A DNA stretch of 62,996 nt, the filler included, from Octopus bimaculoides (Eukaryota): NCBI RefSeq assembly GCF_001194135.2. It is 9 parts of 7 records of this genome, joined end to end, with 100 filler letters (N's around TTAATTAATTAA, not from the genome) between each part and the next. Parts side by side here need not be neighbours in the genome. Positions count along the whole stretch, not along the records: positions 13,629 to 41,076 come from NC_068983.1; positions 41,177 to 46,545 come from NC_068983.1; positions 46,646 to 48,615 come from NC_068991.1; positions 48,716 to 57,185 come from NC_068985.1; 5 more parts are not named here. The stretch is one strand, 5' to 3'. Positions 35,773 through 48,755 of this stretch are shown in pieces. Position numbers and translations under genes: made by a program. The notes beneath the pieces were generated by a model. That model was not told the origin of the DNA. It saw nothing but the letters and a program-made list of their open reading frames with translations, and did no database searches. How positions within the stretch are numbered: position 1 is the stretch's first letter; the number at the start of each line of letters is the position of its first letter.

Positions 35773-37424
35773 ATGTATATATATTTGTTTGTATCTATGT
35801 ATGTATATCTGTAGTCTTAAAATTATACAAGAGTTTGTGTATATGTGTGCACATCTGAGTGTGTGTGTGTGTATGCATGCAGTTGAAGCTGATGTTATGT
35901 TGTTTTTGTTGTCAAATATATACATAAATGCATGCGTGTGTGTGTGTGTACATATATATATACATATATATATATATAGATATATATATATATTATACAT
36001 ACACACACACACATACAATTCTGTCTCAGTGCAATCGAGTCGTCCCCCCAACGCCAACTTCTGCTGACTGCAAGTCAGAGCAAACACATGCACAGAAAAC
36101 AGTTTGAATCACACATGTTCCTTCTCTCCTCCTCCTACTCCTCTTCTTCATTTTCTTCTGCCTTTCCTTCTCTCCTTCATCTCCTCAACTTCTTCCTCTT
36201 TCTCATTTTCAGTGACATCAGCCCCGTCTTTCCCAACATCTTATTCCTCCTCTTCCCCGCTGTAGTTTTTCTCTTCTTCCTCCTTACCACTATCAGCGCT
36301 GTCACCTCCTCCAGCTCCAGTTCCAGCGGCAGCAACAGCAGCAGCTGCAGAAGCACCGGTGAAATCAGCAGCAGCAGCAGCAATGGCAGCGGCAGCAGCG
36401 GCAGCAGCGGCAGCAGCAACAGTGCATCATCCGTTCATTTAGTTTTACCATCAGATGTGTTGTGCGAACTCAACGTTAGATTCTGACCAACCGCGGACAA
36501 TATCCATTGGTGTTCGCCCCAGCCCCTCAGTAAAAGAATCACCACTAATGTCAGCCANNNNNNNNNNNNNNNNNNNNNNNNNNNNNNNNNNNNNNNNNNN
36601 NNNNNNNNNNNNNNNNNNNNNNNNNNNNNNNNNNNNNNNNNNNNNNNNNNNNNNNNNNNNNNNNNNNNNNNNNNNNNNNNNNNNNNNNNNNNNNNNNNNN
36701 NNNNNNNNNNNNNNNNNNNNNNNNNNNNNNNNNNNNNNNNNNNNNNNNNNNNNNNNNNNNNNNNNNNNNNNNNNNNNNNNNNNNNNNNNNNNNNNNNNNN
36801 NNNNNNNNNNNNNNNNNNNNNNNNNNNNNNNNNNNNNNNNNNNNNNNNNNNNNNNNNNNNNNNNNNNNNNNNNNNNNNNNNNNNNNNNNNNNNNNNNNNN
36901 NNNNNNNNNNNNNNNNNNNNNNNNNNNNNNNNNNNNNNNNNNNNNNNNNNNNNNNNNNNNNNNNNNNNNNNNNNNNNNNNNNNNNNNNNNNAGAAGAAGA
37001 AGAAGAAGAAGAAGAAGAAGAAGAAAAAGAAGAAGATGGAGGAGGAGAAGAAGAAGAAGAAGAAGAAGTGGCACAAATGAAGGTAGAAGAAAAGAGCAGA
37101 GTAATATTAGAGGGAGAGGAGAGGAATGCAACAAACGCAACAACAACAACAACATCAACTACAACAACAATAATAGTTGCTTCTATGACAGGCACCAGGA
37201 TGGGGAGAAATAGGTGATATTATCAATGTCGGTTCTTGACTGATCCTAATCAATCCTAATCAATCCTGATTATATTGGCCCCAGTATTCAATTGATACAT
37301 ATTGATCCCAAAACGATGAAAGGCAAAGTTGACCTTGCCAGGATTTGAACTCAGAAAGAAAAGAGCCAGAAGAAATATCACAAGGCACTTTTTTTTTTTG
37401 ATGTTCTAAAGATATTGCCAGTCC

Positions 37425-37712
37425 ACAAATGATGATGATGATGATGATGATGAGGTGGTGGTGGTGGTCGTGGAGATGGTCATGGTGGTGGTGGTTGTCG
37501 TCGTCATCGTCATCGTCATCGTCGTCATCGTCGTCGTCATCGTCGTCATGGTGGTCGTCATCGTCGTCATGGTGATGGTAGTGGTCGCCATGATGATGAC
37601 AACGACAACAACAACAATGATGATGATGAAGGTGATGACAGCAATAATGATGATAATGATGATGATGATTATAGTTTTTTTTGCTATATTTTTCACAAGG
37701 GTCCATTCAGAC

Positions 37713-37743
<31 letters not shown>

Positions 37744-37775
37744 TAATAATAATCGTAATAATAATAATAATATTC
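37425..37775. repeat. Compound triplet microsatellite (GAT/GGT/CGT/AAT)
   Basis: Read directly. Confidence 0.95.
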
Positions 37776-38387
37776 AAATATGTTGTAAAATATGTGGAGA
37801 AGAGATGAATTATACAAAGTTACAGAAGAATAAAAATGATGAATGGAAGAGGAAGCGTAGATGCTGCACAATGTATTGAGACCAGTTAATTTTCTTTTTT
37901 CTATCTTTTCTTTTTTAAATTAACACAAAAAATAATTAAGGAAATGAAAAACAAAACAAAAAAAACACAAAGATATAATTAAGGAAACACAACCATCTGG
38001 ATGAGAGTGTGAGAGTGTGAAAATAAGAAAACTAAGCAGTCTGCAGTTCAATTCTCTGATAGATGATGATGATGATGATGATGACGATGATGGATGATGA
38101 TGATGATGGTGATGATGATGAGGATGATGATGATTGTTGTTGTTGTTGTTGTTGTTGTTATCGTCATTATCTCAAGGTGATGTACTGGCAGAATTGTTAG
38201 CACGCCAGGCAAAATGCTTGGCTGCATTTCTCCCAGCTTTGCATTCCGAGTTCAAATTCCACCGAGGTCTACTTTGCCTTTTATCCTTTCTGGGGTCGAT
38301 AGAATAAGTACCAGCTGAGTACCTGGGTCAATGCAATTCACTTATCGCCTCCCCTGAAATTTCTTTGCATTGTGCCGGAATTTGAAA

Positions 38388-38457
<70 letters not shown>

Positions 38458-38659
38458 CGAGGCGGCGATTTGGCGGGATTGTTAGCATGCCAGGCAGTAT
38501 GCTTAGCAGCATTTCGTTCGTCCTAATAGTCTGAGTTCAAATTCCACCGAGGTCAACTTTGCCTTTCATTCTTCCAGGGTCAATCTAATCAACTAGCCCC
38601 TTTTCCCACAATTTCAGGCCTTGTGCCTATAGCAGAAAGGACTATCATTATTATTATTA

Positions 38660-38704
<45 letters not shown>

Positions 38705-38705
<1 letters not shown>

Positions 38706-38889
38706 TCTTACTCTTTACTCTCTTTTACTTGTTTCAGTCCTTTGACTGTGGCCATGCTGGAGCACCACCTTTAGTCGAGCAAATCGACCCCAGGACTTAT
38801 TCTCAGTAAGCCTAGTACTTATTCTATCGGTTTCTTTTGCCAAACTGCTAAGTTACGGGGACGTAAACACACCAGCATCAGTTGTCAAG
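38705..38889 (-). mobile_element. SINE family A 3' portion, running into a gap
   Basis: Reverse complement of the family A 3' end (ctcttttacttgtttcagtc...ttagtcgagcaaatcgacccc). Confidence 0.85.
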
Positions 38890-39469
38890 NNNNNNNNNNN
38901 NNNNNNNNNNNNNNNNNNNNNNNNNNNNNNNNNNNNNNNNNNNNNNNNNNNNNNNNNNNNNNNNNNNNNNNNNNNNNNNNNNNNNNNNNNNNNNNNNNNN
39001 NNNNNNNNNNNNNNNNNNNNNNNNNNNNNNNNNNNNNNNNNNNNNNNNNNNNNNNNNNNNNNNNNNNNNNNNNNNNNNNNNNNNNNNNNNNNNNNNNNNN
39101 NNNNNNNNNNNNNNNNNNNNNNNNNNNNNNNNNNNNNNNNNNNNNNNNNNNNNNNNNNNNNNNNNNNNNNNNNNNNNNNNNNNNNNNNNNNNNNNNNNNN
39201 NNNNNNNNNNNNNNNNNNNNNNNNNNNNNNNNNNNNNNNNNNNNNNNNNNNNNNNNNNNNNNNNNNNNNNNNNNNNNNNNNNNNNNNNNNNNNNNNNNNN
39301 NNNNNNNNNNNNNNNNNNNNNNNNNNNNNNNNNNNNNNNNNNNNNNNNNNNNNNNNNNNNNNNNNNNNNNNNNNNNNNNNNNNNNNNNNNNNNNNNNNNN
39401 NNNNNNNNNNNNNNNNNNNNNNNNNNNNNNNNNNNNNNNNNNNNNNNNNNNNNNNNNNNNNNNNNNNNN

Positions 39470-39796
39470 CTGTATGTTATATATATTTGTAAGTCCTGGT
39501 GTTTTTGTTATGTATTTGTCTGAATATTTTTTTATTATACCTAAGGCACCTACTATGATAGGAATTGTTTCTGTTTTTAGATTCCACATTCGAGTTATCT
39601 CTATTTCCAGGTCTTTGTATTTTGAAAGTTTTTCCATTTCTTTTAGAGAAACGTTGTCATCTGCTGGTATTGAAACATCAATTAGAAGGCATTTTTTTCC
39701 TTCATGATCTTTGACAACTATATCTGGTCTATTTGCCTTAATTTCTCTATCTGTGTGTATTGGCATATCCCAGAGTATGGTTGCTTTCTCGTTTTC
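39470..39796 (-). mobile_element. R4/Dong-type LINE, 5'-truncated, restriction-like endonuclease region
   Basis: Open frame ENEKATILWDMPIHTDREIKANRPDIVVKD...LLIDVSIP...KEMEKLSKYKDL...IIVGALG, carrying the RLE RPD...D...K..KY motif. Joined to (TAA)n at its 5' end; the 3' end lies in a gap. Confidence 0.9.
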
Positions 39797-40499
39797 TTAT
39801 CATTATTATTATTATTATTATTACTATTATTATTGTTGTTGTTATTGAGTTGGCGAGCTGGCAGAATCGTTAGCATGCTGGGTCAAATACTTAGTAGTAT
39901 TTTGTCTGTCTTTACGTTGTGAGTTCAAATTCCGCAGAGGTTGACTCTGCCTTTCATCCTTCCGGGGGGGGGGGGAATCTATAAAATTAGTACCAGTTAT
40001 GCACTGGGGTCGATGTAATCAACTTAATCCCTTTCCCCACAATTTTAAACCTTGTGCCTTTAGTAGAAAGGATCCAGCATTCTGAGTTCAAATCTCACCA
40101 AGGTCAACTTCACCTTTTATAAAGTATCAGTCAAATTCTAGGGATCAATCATATCAACTAACCCCTACCACTCAAAATTTCAAAATTACTGGCCATTTCT
40201 CTAAATCAGAAATCATTGTTATTATTTTTAACGATGATGATGACTATCAATGGTGTTGATAATGGTGATATTATAATGACAATGATTGACAACAACAACA
40301 ACAATGATAATAATCCTTTCTATTATAGGCACAAGACCTGGAATTTTGGGGGGAGGGGGATAGTCAATCATATTGACCCCCAGTACTCAACTGGTACTTA
40401 ATTTATCAACCCCGAATAGATGGAAGCCAAAGTCAACCTTGGTGGAATTTGAACTCAGAGCATAGCGAGAGACGAAATACTGTTGAGCATTTCATCCGG

Positions 40500-40548
40500 C
40501 ATGCTAACAACCCTACATGCTAACGACCCTGCATGCTAACGACCCTGC
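40500..40548. repeat. 16-bp tandem repeat x3 at the end of a SINE B copy
   Basis: catgctaacgaccctg units. Confidence 0.85.
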
Positions 40549-41594
40549 TTTAACAACAATAATAATAATCCTTTCTACTGGAAGCACAAGGCCTCAAATT
40601 TGGGGGAAGGGATTAAATCGATTACATCGACTCCGGTGCGTGATTGGTACTAATTTTATCAATCTCCGAAAGGATGAAAGGCAAAGTGGACCTTGGCAGA
40701 ATTTGAACTCAGAACGTAATGAAATATTGCTAAGAATTTCACCTGGCATGCTAACGATTCTGCCAAGCTTGCCGCCTTGACAACAATAATAATAACGATA
40801 GCAAAGTTGATAATAATAAAGATGCTAGCCACAATGACAACAACAACAGCAATGAGGAGAAGAGGGAGGATTATAATGATAACAAGAAGGATTATGTTGA
40901 CAATGACAACAGTAATGATTGACATCGATAGTGGTGATGATGATGATGATGACAACTACGACGACGACAATGATAACAATGATGATGATGTTGGTGATGA
41001 TGATGACGACAAAAACGATGATGATGTGATGATGATGACGATGATGATGATGTGATGATGATGATGTGATGATGATNNNNNNNNNNNNNNNNNNNNNNNN
41101 NNNNNNNNNNNNNNNNNNNNTTAATTAATTAANNNNNNNNNNNNNNNNNNNNNNNNNNNNNNNNNNNNNNNNNNNNTCTTTTTGTTTTTATATACCTGGA
41201 ACATTGACATTCCTTCCTGTTTTCTCTCTAACCCATTCCTCTTATTTCTCTCTCTCTCTCTCTCTCTCCCTCTCCATCCTGCCTCTATCGTTTTTCATCT
41301 TATATATCATTGTATCTCATTTCTTCAATTCTTCTTTCTTAATATTTATCTCTCCACCTCTCTCTCACTCTCCCCTACACACGCGCGCGCACACACACAC
41401 AGACAACTACGGCCAGTGACAACACATACACACAAGTCTTCCAAAATAACACTCATATACGCTTGTATTGTCATACTTCATCCTAAGCATATCTATATAT
41501 TATATATCTATATCTAAATCTATCTATATCTATCTATATCTATCTATCTATCTATATCTATATGTATATCTATATCTATCTATCTATCTATCTA

Positions 41595-41639
<45 letters not shown>

Positions 41640-43279
41640 NNNNNNNNNNNNNNNNNNNNNNNNNNNNNNNNNNNNNNNNNNNNNNNNNNNNNNNNNNNNN
41701 NNNNNNNNNNNNNNNNNNNNNNNNNNNNNNNNNNNNNNNNNNNNNNNNNNNNNNNNNNNNNNNNNNNNNNNNNNNNNNNNNNNNNNNNNNNNNNNNNNNN
41801 NNNNNNNNNNNNNNNNNNNNNNNNNNNNNNNNNNNNNNNNNNNNNNNNNNNNNNNNNNNNNNNNNNNNNNNNNNNNNNNNNNNNNNNNNNNNNNNNNNNN
41901 NNNNNNNNNNNNNNNNNNNNNNNNNNNNNNNNNNNNNNNNNNNNNNNNNNNNNNNNNNNNNNNNNNNNNNNNNNNNNNNNNNNNNNNNNNNNNNNNNNNN
42001 NNNNNNNNNNNNNNNNNNNNNNNNNNNNNNNNNNNNNNNNNNNNNNNNNNNNNNNNNNNNNNNNNNNNNNNNNNNNNNNNNNNNNNNNNNNNNNNNNNNN
42101 NNNNNNNNNNNNNNNNNNNNNNNNNNNNNNNNNNNNNNNNNNNNNNNNNNNNNNNNNNNNNNNNNNNNNNNNNNNNNNNNNNNNNNNNNNNNNNNNNNNN
42201 NNNNNNNNNNNNNNNNNNNNNNNNNNNNNNNNNNNNNNNNNNNNNNNNNNNNNNNNNNNNNNNNNNNNNNNNNNNNNNNNNNNNNNNNNNNNNNNNNNNN
42301 NNNNNNNNNNNNNNNNNNNNNNNNNNNNNNNNNNNNNNNNNNNNNNNNNNNNNNNNNNNNNNNNNNNNNNNNNNNNNNNNNNNNNNNNNNNNNNNNNNNN
42401 NNNNNNNNNNNNNNNNNNNNNNNNNNNNNNNNNNNNNNNNNNNNNNNNNNNNNNNNNNNNNNNNNNNNNNNNNNNNNNNNNNNNNNNNNNNNNNNNNNNN
42501 NNNNTCCCAAAACGAAGGTGCGCGTGCGTGTGTATGTGAGAGCATGTATGTGCGTGTGCATGCTTGTGGAATGGGGCTGGTGACATTGACGTGTGTGTGT
42601 GTGCATGTGTAGGTGTGTGGATGATGGTGTAGGTGTTGGGAAGTGGTCAGTGCTAGTGTGTGCGGGGTGGTGTGATGTGGTGTGGTATGGTGGTGTGTGG
42701 TGTGGTGGTGTGTGGTATGGTGGTGTATGACCAGACACCACGAACAAAACACAATAGTTTCACGTGATCGCTCTATTTAGCAAAAAAAAAACGGCGTCAA
42801 GCCATCGCGTAGTTGAATCTTCTAGAACCTTCTTCTTGTACTCTATAAAAGATCACTTTACGTAGAAATTAATTGCAGAATGTTGAAACACCTGAGCGAT
42901 GTGTCACCAGACGGCGCATATTTTTACCAGCCAGACGATCCAAGATGCCGGCTAAAACAGATGGTACAGATAGATGGCAGGAACCTCCATTGTCACGAAT
43001 AGAACGCAATTGATCCCAATCATGTTGGGCAGGCCGCATATTGCTGCATTAATATCTTATTCTAAACTCCAAGCAGTATCTCTCTCCTAGTATGTAATTA
43101 TTGCAGTTGTGTTTATGTGTGATAATAAAATCTGTTAAATGCTCGTGGATGTTGTTCAGTTACGTCTACACGCAGCTCCAACCAGCTACCACAATAACTA
43201 CAACAACGCCCGAGCCACTAACGTATAGATATTTATGCAAACATACACTCATCCTAACAGTCTCTCATAGTCATACGCT

Positions 43280-43319
<40 letters not shown>

Positions 43320-44591
43320 TACATACATACATACATATATACATACATACATACATACATACATACATTCATACATCACTTCTGTACAATTGTATTACTC
43401 TACGATTCACTGACATAAATGCTCACTAACGTAAGGTTTCTCAAATTTGGATCGACAGAAACAATTGCTTCCATATCAGTTTTTACTTTTTTGCGCAACT
43501 GATTAATGCATGTAAGCAGAAATTTAAATATGTACGAGATCCAAATAAACACATTTAAAATTTATATTGTTAACTGCGATTTTTGACAGGATATCTTTAC
43601 TTCTCAAAACACATTTCAGATGCATAATGTGTTAGTTTTCATGAAGGAAAACAAACTTAATGTAGATTTATGGATAAATGTTAACGGCAACTAGATGTTA
43701 AAAGGCGTAATCTTAGCTACGTAAGCAACGAAAGAGATTATTCACCTCAGCCTACGGCATTTCAAATTTCCTTACAACAACAAAACAAGGCAAATAAAAT
43801 TATAAGAAAATCATTAATGAAACTTTTTACTTGCTTACGGTTCCAGTTAGTTTGGTGATAAGACCAAATCAGATGAATTGTATACTAAATACGAAAAAGT
43901 TTTTTTTTTTTAAACTGAAAATTGCCTAAGTTAAAGCTACCTTTAGAGACAACGCATTTGAATTTTTATATATTCCCATGAAGAATATTCTAGCGAGGCT
44001 TTTGGAATTTTGGAAACGACAGAAATAACAGTAATATATATTTTGCCAAACGAAAAATTTGGGGGTAACGTTTTATGCCAGCGACGAGGGTACGAATTTA
44101 ACTTCGTCTTTAGCTAGTATCACTGACAACCGATAACGTTTAGATATAGACCAACTAGTTAAAAGAGAAATTGCTTTTGGCAGCACTGCATAACAGAAAT
44201 AAGTACCACCCTACCAAAAGCTGTCACAAAAGAGCAAGGAAAAAAATATGTGATCTACTTCTAAAGTTACAGAGGCTTTGCTTCTGCTTTCAAAAGATGA
44301 GTTAAAGTTATTTTGACCAATATCTAGAGTGAGATCTCTTATATAGATCAAGACAGACTATATGTAACGGAAGCACTGAGCCTGAAAGATTGCTTAGAGA
44401 TATATGGCATGTTAAATAAATCTGCCAAATTATCGTATCGCTAAAGCATGAAACTATTAGGATCTTTTTTGGAAATTGTATACGTGTGTGTGTGTACGCA
44501 TATGTATATGTAAGTGTATGTAATGTAAGTGTATGTAATGTAATTGTATGTATGTATGTATGTATGTATGTATGTATGTAGGTATGTACGT

Positions 44592-44940
44592 GTCAAGTCC
44601 TCATTAAAGGCCTGTGATATGCAGGAGACTGATTGGGAGAACAATGCCTGCCATCGCCACAGATGAAGGAAGCAGGTTAAGGAAGGGGTCGACACTTTTG
44701 AGAGAACACGTATCCAGCATGAAGAACTTAAGCGAGCTGCGCGAAAGCGCACGGCTCGTATAGTGAATGGAGAAAGCTTGGTATGCAATGTTTGCAGTCG
44801 TGTATGCTTGTCAAGAACAGGGCTCATTAGCCAGCAACGGAGCCGCAAATGCAAAATATAAGTTAGTCCTGGAGCGCACAATGTTCCTGAAGGTCGGCAA
44901 TGGTCTTCCTCGGTCACGAGTGGACGGCCATCATCATCAT
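44592..44940 (+). mobile_element. RTE-clade LINE 3' end
   Basis: VKSSLKACDMQETDWE...R*RKQVKEGVDTFE...[21 protein letters not shown]: the RTE C-terminus with a decayed C2H2-like finger and a (CAT)n tail, inserted in (TATG)n. Confidence 0.85.
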
Positions 44941-46645
44941 GTATGTATGTATTTATCCGTTGATGTATCTATGGATGGATGGATGGATGGATGGATGGAT
45001 GGATGGATGGGCGGCCGGTTGGACATATATTACAGTTTAAGACTGACGCAGTTAAAAGAGAAACTTTAACTGTGGTAATCTCCCCGTCTCGGAGATCCTG
45101 GAAAAGTCATGAGCGCAACACCTTACTATGGACCAATTCAATACAAAAATAGTTAAAATATTTAAAACTGAAATTAGATAAGAACAAAACAGTCACCAGA
45201 CTTGATAGTATTTATTAAAAACATGTATTACATTATTGTCCAGAAGNNNNNNNNNNTTAGTCCTGGAGCGCACAATGTTCCTGAAGGTCGGCAATGGTCT
45301 TCCTCGGTCACGAGTGGACGGCCATCATCATCATGTATGTATGTATTTATCCGTTGATGTATCTATGGATGGATGGATGGATGGATGGATGGATGGATGG
45401 ATGGGCGGCCGGTTGGACATATATTACAGTTTAAGACTGACGCAGTTAAAAGAGAAACTTTAACTGTGGTAATCTCCCCGTCTCGGAGATCCTGGAAAAG
45501 TCATGAGCGCAACACCTTACTATGGACCAATTCAATACAAAAATAGTTAAAATATTTAAAACTGAAATTAGATAAGAACAAAACAGTCACCAGACTTGAT
45601 AGTATTTATTAAAAACATGTATTACATTATTGTCCAGAAGATTAATTAAACAGTGACGCTTTCTCTAATCTAAAAGATTAGTTTGGTGTCACATGCTCGT
45701 CAACAAACTTTATTTTTATTATTTTTATATACACACTAAACTCACTTTCTCTGTATTTGCATGTCTCACTCTCTGGTCTTGTTGTCAGTTTAGTCAGTTT
45801 AGTCATCCAATGTCACTAATTCAAGAATGATACATATACATAGATATAAATAACATGCATAACATACATAAATAAGCAAACATACTTATATACATACATA
45901 TATACATGAACACATATATACCTACTTACATACAACATACCTGCATACAAATATACATGCATGCACACATATATATATATATACAGTTGTACATACATGC
46001 ATATATATATATGCATATATATAAACATACCTGCGTATGTATACTTACATATACACACATACAGGCATCTATCTAGAAATAGAAATACACACACATACAT
46101 AGAAGTACGTATATACGCTCACGTACATCGATACATATTAGTAGGACGTGAGAGTTTCAGTGCAAACACGAGCGCACCCACGCACGCACACACACAATAA
46201 CATACATACAATAATCGCATAAACAGCAATCGCAAAGTTGAAAGCTATTTCCATATCACATTCTTTTAAGATCCAAGTGAATTGGAAACAGTATTAAGCG
46301 ATAGGATATCTTAACAAATGTAGTTTTTCGAACGAAATAAGTCAAAGCTGCCCTCCAGCCATGAAGGCAATCACATCATTTGTTGGACGACGATGGAAGT
46401 ATTATTCTGAGAAAGTTCTCCACGTTTACTAGAGATCAATCGGTTGGCTTGGCTAGCAATCCCAGGCTTGTTTGCTATGTAATAACACAAACACAGTACA
46501 CTTGTTTATTACCAGTGTCCCCTTCGTGTGTGTGTGTGTGTTTGTNNNNNNNNNNNNNNNNNNNNNNNNNNNNNNNNNNNNNNNNNNNNTTAATTAATTA
46601 ANNNNNNNNNNNNNNNNNNNNNNNNNNNNNNNNNNNNNNNNNNNN

Positions 46646-46692
<47 letters not shown>

Positions 46693-46919
46693 ATATATAT
46701 ATCATGATCACGTGATCGACCTGGCTATTGGATGCTGTTACACACCCCTGGTCATAATGTACTTTGCATCGATTTAGCTTTCAAATGATGCCATCCTGCA
46801 GTCTAAGCAAGCAGGCAACACACACACACACACACGCACACACACGCACACACACACTCACACGTGTGTGTGTATGTGTGTGCGTGAGAGAGGGAGAAAG
46901 AGAGGGAGAGAGAGCCCTG

Positions 46920-47900
46920 TAATCCAGTACAACCTCCTGCATAATCGGAGCGTCGGCGACTGAACTGCCAACTCCATTAAGCTTGTTTAGCAAGGAGGTT
47001 GATTGGACACTCAGCAGGATGAAAAACAAAATCTGTTAGAAGGAGGATGAAGTCATTCAAGTAAACGACTATCCAATACTGTGTACACAAGATTTGTCCT
47101 GCTATTTCTTCTGGACAGCGGTTGTGGCAGTAGCAATCATCGACAAACTGGTGACCTTGGTGCAGAAAGCAGTGGCTGTGCAGAGAATTGAGTGGAGGTG
47201 CAATGGCCCAGTGGTCAGGGCAGCGGACTCGCGGTCATAGGATCGCGGTTTCGATTCCCAGACCGGGCGTTGTGAGTGTTTATTGAGCGGAAACACCTAA
47301 AGCTCCACGTGGCTCCGGCAGGGGATGGTGTCGAACCCTGCTGTACTCTTTCACCACAACTTTCTCTCAGTCTTACTTCCTGTTTCTGTTGTGCCTGTAA
47401 TTCAAAGGGTCAGCCTTGTCACACTGTGTCACGCTGAATATCCCCGAGAACTAAGTTAAGGGTACACGTGTCTGTGGAGTGCTCAGCCATTTGCACGTTA
47501 ATTTCACGAGCAGGCTGTTCCGTTGTTCGGATCAACTGGAACCCTCGACGTCGTAAGCGACGAAATGCCAACATCAACAGCAGAGAATTGACGTGTTTTC
47601 AGCAATGGTCAGGTAAAACTGGTTCAGTCAGCAGAGAACCATGAGGATGAAAACGTAGGCATAGTGTACCGCGTTTCTTGGAGTGAGTGACCCTCTAGTC
47701 CTTGTTAAGACATCATTCTGGGAGAACGAAAACTTTGACGTAAACCCTGCATCTCGATGGCAGCCAATGTTGCTGACAAGTTCTTCTTTTAGGAGTATGT
47801 CATCGTTGTGTACAGATCCCGCCTCACTCTAAGATATAAAGCATCCAGTAATCCATGCTTGAAAGGGACGGGTTTCTGTTGGTGGCCCGTGAAACTTTAA
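46920..47900 (+). pseudogene. Decayed LINE (RTE-like) fragment interrupted by SINE D
   Basis: PLSLFSKEVDWTLSRMKNK resembles the pre-RT EVxxALxxMKNxKA motif; sequence resumes after the second TSD. Confidence 0.45.
47192..47579 (+). mobile_element. tRNA-derived SINE family D, full length with 12-bp TSD
   Basis: GCAGAGAATTGA at 47180-47191 and 47580-47591. A box TGGCCCAGTGG and B-box-like GGTTTCGATTCC. Confidence 0.92.
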
Positions 47901-47974
47901 GTGTCATAGAACTGAATCGGGCTGTTTTAAAATCATGTGTGTAATTGTGTGTGTGTGTGTATGTGTGTGTGAGG

Positions 47975-48265
47975 ACACATGGCCTAGTGGTTAGGGTGTT
48001 GCACTCACGATCTAGCGATCGTGATTTCAATTCGTAGAACGGATGGTTGGTGCGTTGTGTTTTTGAGTAAAACACTTCACCTCACGTTGCTCCGCGGTCA
48101 CTTCGACACCTAGCACGTGGTACACATTGCACCTGTTCAGACAACGTCGATTTGATGGAGAAAGTGAACTAATGTGCGGTACATACCTTTCATCACTATA
48201 AGCAAATCATTTGTGCAGTTTGTGTGACAAAAGCTAAACGCTCATTCGTCGTTTTCGACTGGAGA
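47975..48265 (+). mobile_element. tRNA-derived SINE family E
   Basis: Head catggcctagtggttagggtgttgcactcacgat...gatttcaattc. Related minus-strand heads at about 2840-2985, 30700-30855 and 31350-31555. Confidence 0.7.
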
Positions 48266-48288
48266 GTCGATCATCATCATCGTCGTCG

Positions 48289-48356
<68 letters not shown>

Positions 48357-48564
48357 AATATATAAATATATTCTTTTGATTATTTCAGTTATTTCACTAC
48401 AGCCATGCTGGATTACCGCTAAGTTACGGGCACGTAGACACACTAACACCAGTTGTCTAATGGTGATGGAGAGGGACAAACACACACACACTCATATATA
48501 TATGTACGTAAATATATATATAAGTATATATATGTATATGTATATATATTATGTATATATATAT

Positions 48565-48615
<51 letters not shown>

Positions 48616-48715
48616 NNNNNNNNNNNNNNNNNNNNNNNNNNNNNNNNNNNNNNNNNNNNTTAATTAATTAANNNNNNNNNNNNNNNNNNNNNNNNNNNNN
48701 NNNNNNNNNNNNNNN

Positions 48716-48755
<40 letters not shown>

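Larger units (their letters stand above)
37275..40780. mobile_element. Cluster of about 7 SINE family B copies in both orientations among triplet microsatellites
   Basis: Copies at about 37275-37400(-), 38175-38390(+), 38460-38640(+), 39850-40070(+), 40075-40190(+, partial), 40315-40510(-) and 40570-40778(-). Confidence 0.85.

Noticed and set aside
41468-42752. The longest ORF-track entries (250-386 aa), here and at 9.7, 11.8, 30, 36.5, 53 and 55.6 kb
   Set aside because: They are open only because N runs contain no stop codons.
44863-45640. 384-bp direct duplication (44863-45246 and 45257-45640)
   Set aside because: The copies look identical and are separated by exactly 10 N, so these are overlapping contig ends left unmerged. 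The duplicated ORFs at 44767 and 45236 share this origin.
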